Shown here: piece by piece, positions 51,298-62,018 of the stretch
Position numbering within the stretch: position 1 is the stretch's first letter
How the letters are laid out: every line of letters starts with the position of its first letter
Source of the DNA: Candidatus Heimdallarchaeota archaeon
Lineage (GTDB): Archaea; Asgardarchaeota; Heimdallarchaeia; Heimdallarchaeales; Heimdallarchaeaceae
NCBI GenBank assembly: GCA_030603365.1
Contig: JAUVXV010000015.1
Span: 40,421 to 104,420, forward strand
Direction: 5' to 3'
DNA: 64,000 bases
Made by a program: the position numbers and the translations under genes
The notes under the pieces: generated by a model
Seen by the model: only the letters and a program-made list of their open reading frames with translations
What the model was told of the DNA's origin: nothing
The model's database searches: none

Positions 51298-51720
51298 ATG
51301 GGTAGAAAATTAATATCATTTCTTCTTATTATTCATGGTTTGATTTATTTATTATTTGAATTCATCATCTATGATTCAGCTAACGATGTTTATATTGGTT
51401 GGTCTGGTCAATCATGGATATTAACTAATCCTTTAGGAACACTTGCTGTACTTATTATTGGCCGAATAGTATGGGGGTTAACAATAGCAGGATTTGTCGC
51501 AGCAGGAATAACTCTTTTGTTAAAATTGAAGATATGGAGAATTATAGCTTTAATTTCATCAGCAATATCACTTCTAGGATATTTGTTCTTCTGGGATGGA
51601 TTATCACCTGAACCATATTACTGGGTTGCAGGAGCTGTAATTGGTGGAGGAATAATTCTATTTCTACTAATTGTTAGATGGCCGAAAGATGAGAAACTCT
51701 TTGGTACTGTTGAAACATGA
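51298..51720 (+). CDS. Four-TM membrane protein, paralog of 62019..62429
   Basis: LLIIHGLI...GWSGQSWIL...W...GFV...WRII pattern shared with 62019. Confidence 0.7.
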   Translation: MGRKLISFLLIIHGLIYLLFEFIIYDSANDVYIGWSGQSWILTNPLGTLAVLIIGRIVWGLTIAGFVAAGITLLLKLKIWRIIALISSAISLLGYLFFWDGLSPEPYYWVAGAVIGGGIILFLLIVRWPKDEKLFGTVET

Positions 51721-51932
51721 TTAACAGTAGTTTTCAATTTTTCGCGTTTAGTAAGCACAGATATACTACTTTATTATTGGTTGATGTTGTTCTAAAGAGA
51801 TTAACAAATTAAAATAATTTGTTTTTTTTCTATTTTAAAGTAAATGAAGTAGAATCAGCTTCTATTTATATTAACTGGAAAAAAATAACCTATTAAAAAT
51901 GTAAAAAATCACTTGTTAAAAAAGGAATTTTT

Positions 51933-52172
51933 GTGACAGTTGATTTGGAATCAATATTATTTAGATATATGTTCAACAAAAGAGTGTTATCATACTTTGC
52001 TTCTCTTAATACTGAGATATTAGACTTTCTTAGAGAACAAATTGAAGCAGGAAAAATCAAGTCTATTGTTGAGAAAACCTTTCCATTGAGTCAAACAGCT
52101 GATGCACATAGATACTATGAAAAAGGTCATCTGAAAGGGAAAATTGTAATTTCAGTAATTGACAGAGAATAA
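51933..52172 (+). pseudogene. C-terminal remnant of an MDR/zinc-binding-dehydrogenase-family oxidoreductase
   Basis: LDFLREQIEAGKIKSIVEKTFPLSQTADAHRYYEKGHLKGKIVI; N-terminal domains absent. Confidence 0.75.
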
Positions 52173-52247
52173 AGTGTTGATTAATTCCTTTCTCACAACT
52201 AGAAAGGAATATACTTTTTATACTGAAAGTTGATTATATTTACACAC

Positions 52248-52433
52248 ATGACTGCTTTAAAACCCAATCAAGACAGAGTCAAACAAAGGAGAGAAGAAGT
52301 TATTCAATCTGCATTAAGATCAAAAAGATTTACTACAGCCCAATTGACTCGAGAAGCTTCAGCTTTCATCCAATTCTGTTTGTCTTTAGAGCAGATAAGA
52401 ACTGAAAATGTAAGACCTCATGGAAGAGATTAA
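52248..52433 (+). CDS. Small basic protein, putative partner/antitoxin of the downstream nucleotidyltransferase
   Basis: ATG 52248 downstream of TTTTTATA; 14-bp overlap with the next gene. Confidence 0.5.
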   Translation: MTALKPNQDRVKQRREEVIQSALRSKRFTTAQLTREASAFIQFCLSLEQIRTENVRPHGRD

Positions 52434-53016
52434 ATTGAGTGATCCTATCTCAAAAAGCCTTGAAAAACTGGTATCTTATTTTAGTTCAAATTCAATTCCA
52501 TATGTTATTGTTGGAGGAGTCGCTGTGATTGTCACTGGTCGAACCAGAATGACTTCAGATGTTGATATTATACTTGATCACCAAAGAATCCAAAGGGAGG
52601 ATTTTGTGGAATATCTAGTGAAAGAAGGATTTGATGCCAATCTTCGAGATTTTGATGGGTTTGACGAGAAAGGTCATTGTTCTGTGTTCTTTAAAGAAGG
52701 AATGTTTAGAATCGATATTAAAGGCGCATACACTAATTTAGATAACGAAAGTATTGAAATGGCATTATCTGAAACATTTAATGGTATTCCAGTGAAAATA
52801 AATCATCCAATTAATACAATATTATTCAAACTCAAATTTGGTTCTGAACAAGATTATGAAGACGCTTTAGCTGTTTATGTAAGAAATATGGAAAGAATAG
52901 ATCATGATTTTTTAACATCTAAAGCTCTTAAAATGAAAATAAAAAATGAACTTGATTCTTTCCTAGAGGAAGTCAATAGTTTTCTGAAGAAACAAAATTC
53001 CAAAGATAAACAATAA
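52420..53016 (+). CDS. Nucleotidyltransferase (DUF6036/AbiEii-like, Pol-beta superfamily)
   Basis: VIVGGVAV..GRTRMTSDVDI, RIDI, FKLKFGSEQDYED. Confidence 0.8.
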   Translation: MEEIKLSDPISKSLEKLVSYFSSNSIPYVIVGGVAVIVTGRTRMTSDVDIILDHQRIQREDFVEYLVKEGFDANLRDFDGFDEKGHCSVFFKEGMFRIDIKGAYTNLDNESIEMALSETFNGIPVKINHPINTILFKLKFGSEQDYEDALAVYVRNMERIDHDFLTSKALKMKIKNELDSFLEEVNSFLKKQNSKDKQ

Positions 53017-53047
53017 TTTTATTAGGTTTGTATGGTTAGTTATTTTC

Positions 53048-53902
53048 ATGCAACACATCTTTCTTTCTCCTCATTTCGATGATGCGGTAGCCAGTTGTGG
53101 AGGATCCATTGCCAAACTTGTTTATGAGAGAAAAGATGTTAAAGTTATAACAATTTACACTAGGCAACCTGACTTAACATCAATTTCAAAGAAATTCGAT
53201 AAGTTTGCAATCTATGACCAAAGAAAGAAAGAAGACAAAGTTGCTCTTGATAAGCTTAGTGCAGATTATAAATGGATGGATATAGAGGAAAGAGCTTACA
53301 GAACACCTCTGCTTAAGAAACCTACAGATGTCTTCAGAATTAATCTTTCAGAGGGATTAAAACAATTCTTAAACATAAGAGAGATACAAACAGAACTAGA
53401 TAAGATTTTCGAGAAAAATCCTAAAACAAAAATTTATGCTCCTTTAGGTGTAGGGAACCATTTTGATCATGTAGAAGTTTTCCTTGCTTCATTGATGTAC
53501 ATGGTTGATAATGCCCTCTTTGACAATTTCCTTTTCTATCTAGATTCCTATGGTATGTTTAGCACCAAGATGAGAAGGAAACATTATCTGGGAAAACAAA
53601 TTATATCTCGTGGAAAAAAACCTGAGAATTCTAGCTTCAAATGGTTCATGATAACTTCAGTTATGAATGCAATGATTTCGGGACATAAAATAGAGAAATT
53701 GCTTTCTTCCAAATATCTAGATTTAGAATGGGAACTCAAAACAAGTTCGATAAAAGGTTATGAAAGAACGAAATTTTCAGCTCTTATGTGTTATGAATCC
53801 CAAGTGAATCTATTCGGAAAAAAAACGCTTGAGAAATTCTTCAACAGACATCATAAGAATTGGGACAGTTCTGAACTGTTTATGCAGGTAAAAGAAATCT
53901 AG
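53048..53902 (+). CDS. PIG-L/LmbE family deacetylase
   Basis: LSPHFDDAVASCGG, RKKED, APLGVGNHFDH, CYESQ. Confidence 0.88.
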   Translation: MQHIFLSPHFDDAVASCGGSIAKLVYERKDVKVITIYTRQPDLTSISKKFDKFAIYDQRKKEDKVALDKLSADYKWMDIEERAYRTPLLKKPTDVFRINLSEGLKQFLNIREIQTELDKIFEKNPKTKIYAPLGVGNHFDHVEVFLASLMYMVDNALFDNFLFYLDSYGMFSTKMRRKHYLGKQIISRGKKPENSSFKWFMITSVMNAMISGHKIEKLLSSKYLDLEWELKTSSIKGYERTKFSALMCYESQVNLFGKKTLEKFFNRHHKNWDSSELFMQVKEI

Positions 53903-53946
53903 ATGAAATCCCTTCAGTCTAGATTTACTCATTTCTTGCTGCAAAC

Positions 53947-55611
53947 TCATAATTTAGCGTATTTCCTCTTAAGTACATAACTTATTACAATTATGGCTGG
54001 TATAAATATATACACTAATTGATGCTTTGAAAACTCTGGTACAACTATAATTTCTTCTTGAATTCGCCCATTATATGCAACTATACTAATGTCAGGGATT
54101 TTACTAATGTAGTTGATTGCAGCATCTCGATACATGAAACCTGTATCTGTTGCAGTATAGACATCTTTGAAACTAACCCACCACATATAATCGATCATAA
54201 GTCCAGTATAAATGTTAGTAGGAATTATTTCCTCAAAAGTACCAGTTGAATTAATATACGCAGAGGTAATGTGAAATCCACCATCATAGCTATAGTTGTA
54301 TCTAATGTTACCAATTGCATGATATCCATGACCATTGGTCAAAATATCTAATAATTCCTGACCTGTAATGCTTAGTTCGAGCATGTTATTTTCAAAAGGA
54401 ATGACTGAAACTACATCACCTATTGTGACATCCCCAGCACGGAAATAGTCTCTTATTCCTCCTCCTCTATTAGTTATTGAAAAATCGTGGGTCCAGTTGA
54501 GATAGTCTAACATTCCATCTGCTACAAGATTACCGATCCCACTTTCAGGAGATGGATCATATACAGCAGTAGAAGCATATGATATTACTACATCAGCACC
54601 TACAAGATCTACCCAGTAGTCAACTACTTGCTGAATCTCAGCATCAGGTGTAACTCCACCTTCAGTATTTGCGACTAGATACCCACTCTGTGAAACCACA
54701 ACTTTTGGATCAAGTGTAGCGTCAACCTCTAGATCTATTCGTATATATTGCTGAGCATAATGTCCTGCCATCGCTACAATTGAACCACTAACTTCCGTGA
54801 CTGTAGGAGTACCACCATGACCTCCTAGAAAAACGCTAATATTAAGATCAGCTACATCAGCTGCTAAACTTTTCAGTTCATTAGGTACAACATGAGTCAA
54901 AGCAATTATAATATCTGCTCCTGCAGCTCTCATTGCTGGAACATTGTTTCTCAAAGCCGTTTCATAATTTCCGAAATCATAATACTGAGTATATTTTGGA
55001 TGTGCAGCAGTATATGTAGCTGTAGTTGTTAACCCCACAATTCCAACCTGTATCCCAGCATGTTCTTGAACAACCCAAGGAATAGTGAAGTTAGCTAAGT
55101 CAGTTGTACCTACATCATATATATTACATGATAACAAGGGGAAATTAGCTATGTTTTGTCGATAATTCAACCAATCTATACCATAATCAAATTCATGATT
55201 ACCAATAGCTGAAGCAGTAAAATTCATAGCATTCATAACATCCATCATAGATTCTCCTTGAGTTAGAGTAGCAACAGCTGGACCAGTGTTTTCATCCCCC
55301 CCATTTAAGAGAAGGAAAGAATCATCTGATGCATTAAACCCTTCTTGCTTAAAATAACCCATATATGTTGCTGCACCACCTCTTCCGTCGTGAGGCTCTA
55401 GCCACCCATGCCAATCATTAATGTGTAGAATTGTGAGATATACTGTGTCAGCAGTAAACCGATTATTCTGAATGTTCTCAAGTGAAGCAGAGAAATTCGA
55501 ATCTGAAGGTTGAGCATCAGATGTATCGGTTACTGCATAAGAAGGATTGTTCATCATAGAAACAATTAAAATTGAACTGATAATGAAATAGAAAATTGAT
55601 GAGCTTTTCAT
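53947..55611 (-). CDS. Secreted 5'-nucleotidase/metallophosphoesterase with PEF-type anchor
   Basis: ILHINDWHG, GGD, GNHEFDYG, ALTH, GGHG, NRGGGIR, IPFEN; tail VPEF + TM + KRK. Confidence 0.92.
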   Translation of the reverse strand: MKSSSIFYFIISSILIVSMMNNPSYAVTDTSDAQPSDSNFSASLENIQNNRFTADTVYLTILHINDWHGWLEPHDGRGGAATYMGYFKQEGFNASDDSFLLLNGGDENTGPAVATLTQGESMMDVMNAMNFTASAIGNHEFDYGIDWLNYRQNIANFPLLSCNIYDVGTTDLANFTIPWVVQEHAGIQVGIVGLTTTATYTAAHPKYTQYYDFGNYETALRNNVPAMRAAGADIIIALTHVVPNELKSLAADVADLNISVFLGGHGGTPTVTEVSGSIVAMAGHYAQQYIRIDLEVDATLDPKVVVSQSGYLVANTEGGVTPDAEIQQVVDYWVDLVGADVVISYASTAVYDPSPESGIGNLVADGMLDYLNWTHDFSITNRGGGIRDYFRAGDVTIGDVVSVIPFENNMLELSITGQELLDILTNGHGYHAIGNIRYNYSYDGGFHITSAYINSTGTFEEIIPTNIYTGLMIDYMWWVSFKDVYTATDTGFMYRDAAINYISKIPDISIVAYNGRIQEEIIVVPEFSKHQLVYIFIPAIIVISYVLKRKYAKL

Positions 55612-55743
55612 TTTTACAGAAATAAAGAGTTATTCGGTTCTTATTAATTTTATCATAATCTGCAGTTCAAAGAATTTTTAGATTGGTTGACAATTAATAT
55701 AACTGTCTCCAATCTGATGAATAGCATATAAGAGTGATAAATA

Positions 55744-56769
55744 ATGATTTCTAAAGACCAAGAAGATATAGATGAGCAATTGTTAATAGATATTTGTCAG
55801 CTATATGATATCACTGTAAAAGATTTGAATTTCATTATAGCTATAGATTGGAATTTCGTTTACGAATTTACAAAAGAGAATAAAGAATATATTTTACGAG
55901 GTGGAACTCGTCACTCTCCAGATCAAGTTCAAGCTGAACTAGAGTGGATTTTGTTCTTGAATTCTTCTGGAGTAAATGTGTCTGTACCAATTTTATCAAA
56001 TAATGAAAAATATCTAGAGATAGTAAAGCACGATGGAAAGAACATCAATGCAGTTGTATTCGAGAGAGCACCTGGAAAAGCAGTTGAGTGGAAAAACCCT
56101 GAAAAGTGGAATGAACTATTTTGGGAACAAATGGGGAGAACTCTAGGTAAAATGCATGCTGCTTCTTTCAAATATAATTCTTTGCAACCAGAATTTCGAC
56201 GAGTATCAGCTTTTGAAAGCGTACATGCAACTGCAGAAAACCATCTTGATTCTGTAAAGGATAGAGAAATAATAGAGAAATTCAATAATCTAAAGAAAAA
56301 ACTCAATCAACTTCCCAAGGATAAAGATGCTTACGGTTTAATACAATACGATTTTCACCTTGGAAATCTTAATGTTCATAATGAAGAGTTAATTGTTTAC
56401 GACTTTGATGATTCTTATTATTTCTTCTTCATCCATGATATAGCTACTTGCATTCATGAAACTGTTTGGTATTATCCAGATGATAAAAAATTGGAGTTTG
56501 TTAATCGATTCATTCCTTCACTGTGGAAAGGCTATTCTGAAGAATACAAACTAGATCGAAAATGGTTAGAATATCTTCCAGATTTTTTCAAATGGCGTGA
56601 ATTCGGTATTTACATTACCTTAGTAGAAACATATAATGATAAAACAACTCCTGAACAACATATGCAAGAAGTGGAAGAGTACATGCCTGATTTTAGAGCA
56701 AGAGTTGAATCAGATGAACAGATAGTCCCAATTCCAGAAAATCTAGAAGTATGGTTTAAAAAACACTAA
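55744..56769 (+). CDS. APH/homoserine-kinase-II-like phosphotransferase, copy 1
   Basis: YILR, AELEW, LGKMH, YDFHLGN, YDFDD. Confidence 0.88.
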   Translation: MISKDQEDIDEQLLIDICQLYDITVKDLNFIIAIDWNFVYEFTKENKEYILRGGTRHSPDQVQAELEWILFLNSSGVNVSVPILSNNEKYLEIVKHDGKNINAVVFERAPGKAVEWKNPEKWNELFWEQMGRTLGKMHAASFKYNSLQPEFRRVSAFESVHATAENHLDSVKDREIIEKFNNLKKKLNQLPKDKDAYGLIQYDFHLGNLNVHNEELIVYDFDDSYYFFFIHDIATCIHETVWYYPDDKKLEFVNRFIPSLWKGYSEEYKLDRKWLEYLPDFFKWREFGIYITLVETYNDKTTPEQHMQEVEEYMPDFRARVESDEQIVPIPENLEVWFKKH

Positions 56770-56926
56770 AGAATCATGAACAATCACTTTTTTTTTCTTA
56801 ATTTTACCTTATTATCTTTTAGATGATTCTTAAGATGTGATAGTTTTATTAGATTCAGATAATTAGGTATAACGATATGTTTATTAAATACATGTAGATG
56901 ACCTACATAACTTAAAGGTGTAAATC

Positions 56927-57409
56927 ATGGTAAGTCCAATAATACTTACATTAATCAACTTCCTCCACGAGATTTTTACAATCATTTGGATAGGAGGATT
57001 GCTATTATTAGTTCTGGTTATACTGCCGATTTTGAAAAAGCAGCTTAAACCAGATGAATTTCAAATTTTCAATAAGAAGATTAGAAGCAGATTGAGCATA
57101 TTTGTCTATATATCTATAGTAGTACTGCTTGTAACTGGAATACTACTCTCAAATCAATCAACATTATCAAGTAGATTATTCTCATTTGAGAACACATATT
57201 CAATTCTCTTATCAATAAAACACATTCTATACTTCTTGATGGTTTCAATAGCAGTTTTCAGAGGTACAATATTAGATAGAATAAAAGGGATGAACAAAGA
57301 GATTAAGCAGAAACTTAGTCAGATTCTATTACTGTCAAATGTTATCTTTGCTGTTGCAGTATTATTCTTAAGTTCATATCTTGGAGTACTCGCTTCTTTG
57401 GCAATTTAA
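56927..57409 (+). CDS. CopD/DUF4149-like four-TM membrane protein
   Basis: FLHEIFTIIWIGG, LLVTGI, LSIKH. Confidence 0.7.
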   Translation: MVSPIILTLINFLHEIFTIIWIGGLLLLVLVILPILKKQLKPDEFQIFNKKIRSRLSIFVYISIVVLLVTGILLSNQSTLSSRLFSFENTYSILLSIKHILYFLMVSIAVFRGTILDRIKGMNKEIKQKLSQILLLSNVIFAVAVLFLSSYLGVLASLAI

Positions 57410-57468
57410 TAGAAAAATTGATATTACTCCTTTCTTTCTTTTTATATATTTTACCAGAGAGTGACTGA

Positions 57469-57828
57469 ATGAACAAATTAACAGGAAAAAATATTCTCGA
57501 ACCTGTACCAGTAGTTAGAACGTTATTGTTATTCTTGCTAAAAAGAAACCCTAACTCTTCAGGATATAGATTAATTAACCTTGTAAAAGAGTTTACAGCT
57601 GATCAAATTAGTTTAAAGACAGGAACGCTTTACCCTGAACTGAAAAAGTTGGTTGAAGAAGGGATACTAATTCAAGATGAGCAAGTTACTGGAAAGAGAA
57701 TTGCTTATCTCTACTGTTTGACTAACAAAGGTGAAGAAGAGCTACTTAGATTAATTACTGCTATTGAAATTAAGAAAGAGGTGTTACTAGACCCACTAAT
57801 TAAAGAATATTTAAAAATTAAATCTTAA
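57469..57828 (+). CDS. PadR-family transcriptional regulator
   Basis: SGYRL, GTLYPELKKLVEEG, YCLTNKG. Confidence 0.88.
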   Translation: MNKLTGKNILEPVPVVRTLLLFLLKRNPNSSGYRLINLVKEFTADQISLKTGTLYPELKKLVEEGILIQDEQVTGKRIAYLYCLTNKGEEELLRLITAIEIKKEVLLDPLIKEYLKIKS

Positions 57829-57892
57829 GAAATTGCAGAAACTCAAGCTTCCGATTAGTTATATGTCTCAAGTTCATGTCTTCGTCTACCTA

Positions 57893-59884
57893 TCAAAATG
57901 CAAAGAAATTCCATGAAATGAATATTCCAACCAGAATTATTGAGAGTGCAACTAGAACAGAATAATGAATTCTTCCAGTTAATTTCCAATAAGGTTTCCT
58001 CTCCTTGTTTTTAAATCCAGTCCATGAAAACCAAGTGAATACTATTGTGATAATTACTGAAATAAGAAATAAGAATGGGAAGACTAGTAAGCCTTTGAAA
58101 GCTGTAACCATTTCACTTACCAGCAAAATATCTGAATTCAATTTTAATGCAGTAATTACTAATGTAATAGTTCCAAAAATGAGATTAACTAGAAAACTCC
58201 ATCTTGCCATTCTCTGGATTTGTGGAGATTTTTCTTTCTTCTTGTAGACTCTTACTAAACCTTTTGTTCCCCAATATGCTAAGGAGATAAACGTGAGAAT
58301 GAGAATTACAACTGTTAAAACTGATTTAAACTCAGATTCAAAATAGAGAGGATGAGTTCTTTCATAAGCATAAACAGGTCCTACAAAATTTGTGTAGAAA
58401 TGAGTTATTTTTCCTCTGTTATCTTCTATGAATGCTATCTCTAAATAGTATTCCCCTGTTGATTCTACAAAATAATTAGATTCAACTTCTACAAATCTTA
58501 CATTACCTATACCACTAATCGCAAGAAATCCTTTTTCTGCTGTAATTATGAAGCTCGCACTAAAATAGTCTCTTTCATCAACTGTTGGTTTATCGGAATA
58601 GACTCTTCTAGCTGAGACATAAAGTCCTTCAAACTTTCTTGCACGATTTTTGTATCCTTCCATTGGTTCAATAACTTCCACAGGATATGGAAAATATTCC
58701 TCAATGATTTCATCAAAGAGTAAGCTTCTAGCAATAGAACCACCGACGCTGTTGTAAGATGCAAAAATGCCTATATTGAGTTCAGGAAGAAGAATCATTC
58801 GACTGTGGAAGAATCTTGTATCCCCACCATGACCAATTATACGTTGATCACTCACATCAAATTCGTAAACTCCTAAACCTAGTGATGCAAGATTTTCATG
58901 AGTAGTAAATTGTTTACTTAACATCAGTTCAACAGTAGCATTCTCCAAAATTCTACTTCCATCAAACGTTCCATTATTTAATAGGGTCATCATAAATTTC
59001 GTCATGTCAGAAGCTGTAGAACTGCATGAACCAGCAGGTGGAATGCTAATGTATTCAAAATAACCGGGAACGAAATTTTCACTATATCCAGTTGACATTT
59101 GTGAAGATAAGGAAATTGGAAGAGGTTGTAAAAAGGTTGTAGAATTCATACCTAAAGGAGTTAATATTTCATCTTGTATGTAAGTTTCAAAATTCTTACC
59201 TGAAATTTCTTGAACGATATAACCTGCTAGAGCAAAACCATAATTTGAATATGCCGAAAGTGTGCCTGGAGTCCTTACCCTATCTGGGATTCCTTCAGCT
59301 AAAACCGTTACTAAAGGATCAATTGAATAAGAACTAGATACTATTGAGGGAAAAGTTGCTCTCTCAAATCCAGCTGTATGCGTTAACAAATGTCTCAGAG
59401 TTATTGATTCTTCATATGTTTCAGGTATTTTGAAAGCAGTAAGATAATCATTAATATCAGTATCCAAATCTAACAACTCATCTTCTACTAATTGTAAAAC
59501 TGCAACTGAAGTGAAAGTTTTGGAAATGGATCCTATTCTAAATATCGTTTCATTAGCTACAACAGGAGTTTGAGAGAAATAATTTGCATACCCATATCCT
59601 TTCTCAAGAAATACAGAACCATCTTTTACCATAGAAAATGTAACACCAGCAACTGTATAATTTTCTAATTGTGCAGATATAATTGGATCTAAGAAAGTTT
59701 CTAGTTCAGTTGGTGTAGTTAATTCTTGATTAGTTTGCCCAGCAAGATTAGATTTTATTCCGTTTGCTGAAAAAGTGCTATCTATTACTGTATTAGAGGA
59801 GGTAAGATAAGGAGTGAGAAATAAAGCTAGAAGAACTAGAATTATCTGTTTTTGTAAGCTATTTCTTCTATTTATGAACCACAT
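57893..59884 (-). CDS. Membrane-anchored beta-lactamase-family (class C/PBP-like) serine hydrolase (start probably ATG 59884 rather than 59962)
   Basis: FRIGSISKTF (SxxK), LLTHTAG, YSNYG, GHGGD; C-terminal TM helices. Confidence 0.9.
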   Translation of the reverse strand: MWFINRRNSLQKQIILVLLALFLTPYLTSSNTVIDSTFSANGIKSNLAGQTNQELTTPTELETFLDPIISAQLENYTVAGVTFSMVKDGSVFLEKGYGYANYFSQTPVVANETIFRIGSISKTFTSVAVLQLVEDELLDLDTDINDYLTAFKIPETYEESITLRHLLTHTAGFERATFPSIVSSSYSIDPLVTVLAEGIPDRVRTPGTLSAYSNYGFALAGYIVQEISGKNFETYIQDEILTPLGMNSTTFLQPLPISLSSQMSTGYSENFVPGYFEYISIPPAGSCSSTASDMTKFMMTLLNNGTFDGSRILENATVELMLSKQFTTHENLASLGLGVYEFDVSDQRIIGHGGDTRFFHSRMILLPELNIGIFASYNSVGGSIARSLLFDEIIEEYFPYPVEVIEPMEGYKNRARKFEGLYVSARRVYSDKPTVDERDYFSASFIITAEKGFLAISGIGNVRFVEVESNYFVESTGEYYLEIAFIEDNRGKITHFYTNFVGPVYAYERTHPLYFESEFKSVLTVVILILTFISLAYWGTKGLVRVYKKKEKSPQIQRMARWSFLVNLIFGTITLVITALKLNSDILLVSEMVTAFKGLLVFPFLFLISVIITIVFTWFSWTGFKNKERKPYWKLTGRIHYSVLVALSIILVGIFISWNFFAF

Positions 59885-60116
59885 TCGAAAAGGATAATAG
59901 ACTTGAATATTTATAAAACTATATAAACAGAAATTGTTGTTGACATCAAGAAACTTGATCAAGATATACTAGAAGAAGAACCAAATTCTACATGTGGACT
60001 TTCTACTTCTTCGAGTAATGGAACTAGATGCTACTGAATCTTTCTCAAACTGTTGTTTAAGATAAAAGATATTAATGCTTCAAATCTATTTAACAAAATA
60101 ATTAGGAAATGATTTC

Positions 60117-61142
60117 ATGCCTCAGAAGGACCAAGAAGATATAGATGAGCAATTACTAATAAATATTTGTCAGCTTTATGATATCTCTGTTAAAGATTTG
60201 AATTTCCTAGCCGCTATAGACAATAATTTTGTTTATGAATTTCAGAAAGATGATGAAAATTATATTTTAAGAGGAGGCACACGACACTCTTCAGATCAGG
60301 TTCAAGCTGAATTGGAGTGGATCTTGTTTTTGCATTCTTCTGATGTAAAAGTATCCTTACCAATTAAATCTACGAACAATAATTATTTAGAATTAGTACA
60401 ATATAAAGATAAAATTATCAATGCTATAGTTTTTGAGAAAGCTGCGGGCAAGGAAATAGATTATCGAAATCAAGAAGAATGGAATGAAAGTGTTTGGGAA
60501 GAGATGGGAAGAACGCTTGGCAGAATGCATACTGCTGCTGTAGAGTATAACCAAGAAAATCCTGAATTTAAACGAAAAACTGCTTTTGAGAGTATACATG
60601 CTTCTTCAAAGAGCATTCTAAATCCTGTCAAGGATGAAAAAGTAATCAAAAGGTTTGAGGAACTTAAGAATAAGCTTAAGCAATTACCCAGAGAAAATAA
60701 TGCTTTTGGTTTAATACAATACGATTTTCATCTTGGTAATTTTAATGTTCATGATGAAGAGTTAACTGTTTACGATTTTGATGATTCATACTATTTCTTC
60801 TTCATCTATGATATAGCTACTTGCATTCATGAAACTGTTTGGTATTATCCAGATGGTAAAAAATTGGAGTTTGTTAATCGATTCATTCCTTCATTATGGA
60901 AGGGTTATTCTAAAGAATACAAACTTGATAGAAAATGGTTAGAATATCTACCAGATTTCTTCAAATGGCGTGAATTCGAAATTTATATTACTTTAGTAGA
61001 AACATATAACGATAAAACAACACCTGAACAACATATACAAGAAGTAGAAGAATACTTACCTGATTTTAAAGCAAGAACTGAATCAGATGAACAAATTGTT
61101 CCAATACCTGGAGATTTGAGCAAGTGGTTTAAAGAATTTTAG
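60117..61142 (+). CDS. APH/homoserine-kinase-II-like phosphotransferase, copy 2
   Basis: Same length (341 aa) and motifs as 55744..56769, colinear at offset 4373. Confidence 0.88.
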   Translation: MPQKDQEDIDEQLLINICQLYDISVKDLNFLAAIDNNFVYEFQKDDENYILRGGTRHSSDQVQAELEWILFLHSSDVKVSLPIKSTNNNYLELVQYKDKIINAIVFEKAAGKEIDYRNQEEWNESVWEEMGRTLGRMHTAAVEYNQENPEFKRKTAFESIHASSKSILNPVKDEKVIKRFEELKNKLKQLPRENNAFGLIQYDFHLGNFNVHDEELTVYDFDDSYYFFFIYDIATCIHETVWYYPDGKKLEFVNRFIPSLWKGYSKEYKLDRKWLEYLPDFFKWREFEIYITLVETYNDKTTPEQHIQEVEEYLPDFKARTESDEQIVPIPGDLSKWFKEF

Positions 61143-61160
61143 AAACAATCGTGAAGAATT

Positions 61161-61865
61161 CTAAGGAGAATCCCCCGTCTCCAATTTTATTTTCTTTCTC
61201 CTCTGTATGTTTAGGGTTATTGAAACTGTTATTATCCATGAAAAAATCGAAAAAGCAACAAGCCACTCCAAGAAAGCCATCATTAAGAATCTAGATCTTG
61301 GTCTGATTAAACTATCATCTAAAGAGCTTTCAGGTATAAAAATAAACAAAGCAAAAATTATAGCTACAAGCAGACCAAAAATACCTAACCATTTTGGAAG
61401 ACTATTTTTCTTATCAACAAAAATCAAAATCGAGAAAAGGAAAACTGTAATCATCCCACCATAAAAGAAGCTCATAGCTGATATCACATGTCCAGTCATG
61501 AAAATATTGTTATCAAAATCCATTGGAAATATGCCTACAAACAATATACTGACAGAGGTGAACATTCCTCCTACAGTACAAATCCATCCAAAAATGGAAT
61601 TGTATTTTATTCCTAAACCTAGCATAAAAATGATTAAAGGAATTCCACCTACAATTAAACCCCAATTGAACAACCATGCTGTTTGTGAAACAGCTCGCTC
61701 CCCTAGCTCTGAAACAAACATGTTAAAAATTGAAAAAGGAGCTCCAAGGGGATCTACATAGATTAATCCTGTGATAAACATAGCAATTACTGATAAACTC
61801 ACTCCAACATATCCCCATATGTAAACTGGGATCTTTTCATAAAACAGTCTTAATTTTGTCAGCAT
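61161..61865 (-). CDS. DUF998-family membrane protein
   Basis: FSIFNMFVSELG, LFNWGL, GIFPMD, H, FLEW. Confidence 0.78.
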   Translation of the reverse strand: MLTKLRLFYEKIPVYIWGYVGVSLSVIAMFITGLIYVDPLGAPFSIFNMFVSELGERAVSQTAWLFNWGLIVGGIPLIIFMLGLGIKYNSIFGWICTVGGMFTSVSILFVGIFPMDFDNNIFMTGHVISAMSFFYGGMITVFLFSILIFVDKKNSLPKWLGIFGLLVAIIFALFIFIPESSLDDSLIRPRSRFLMMAFLEWLVAFSIFSWIITVSITLNIQRRKKIKLETGDSP

Positions 61866-62018
61866 TCAAAATTTTGATGAAATAACTTTAATAAAAAAAT
61901 TTCCATCGAAAAAGAAAAAATAATAATGTAAAATTACTGGTGTTCTTACTCTATTCTTGTTGGGTTTCCTGCTTCTTTTAAGAAATATTTAAATTGAAGC
62001 CACACATAATAATGAAAT

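Noticed and set aside
12080-59884. Antibiotic-resistance calls for the MBL, beta-lactamase-like and APH-like genes
   Set aside because: Fold-level motifs only; these superfamilies have many non-resistance functions
56335-61093. Diversity-generating retroelement TR/VR pair in the kinase duplicates
   Set aside because: No reverse transcriptase; the differences inspected are largely synonymous and not adenine-specific; both copies are full genes
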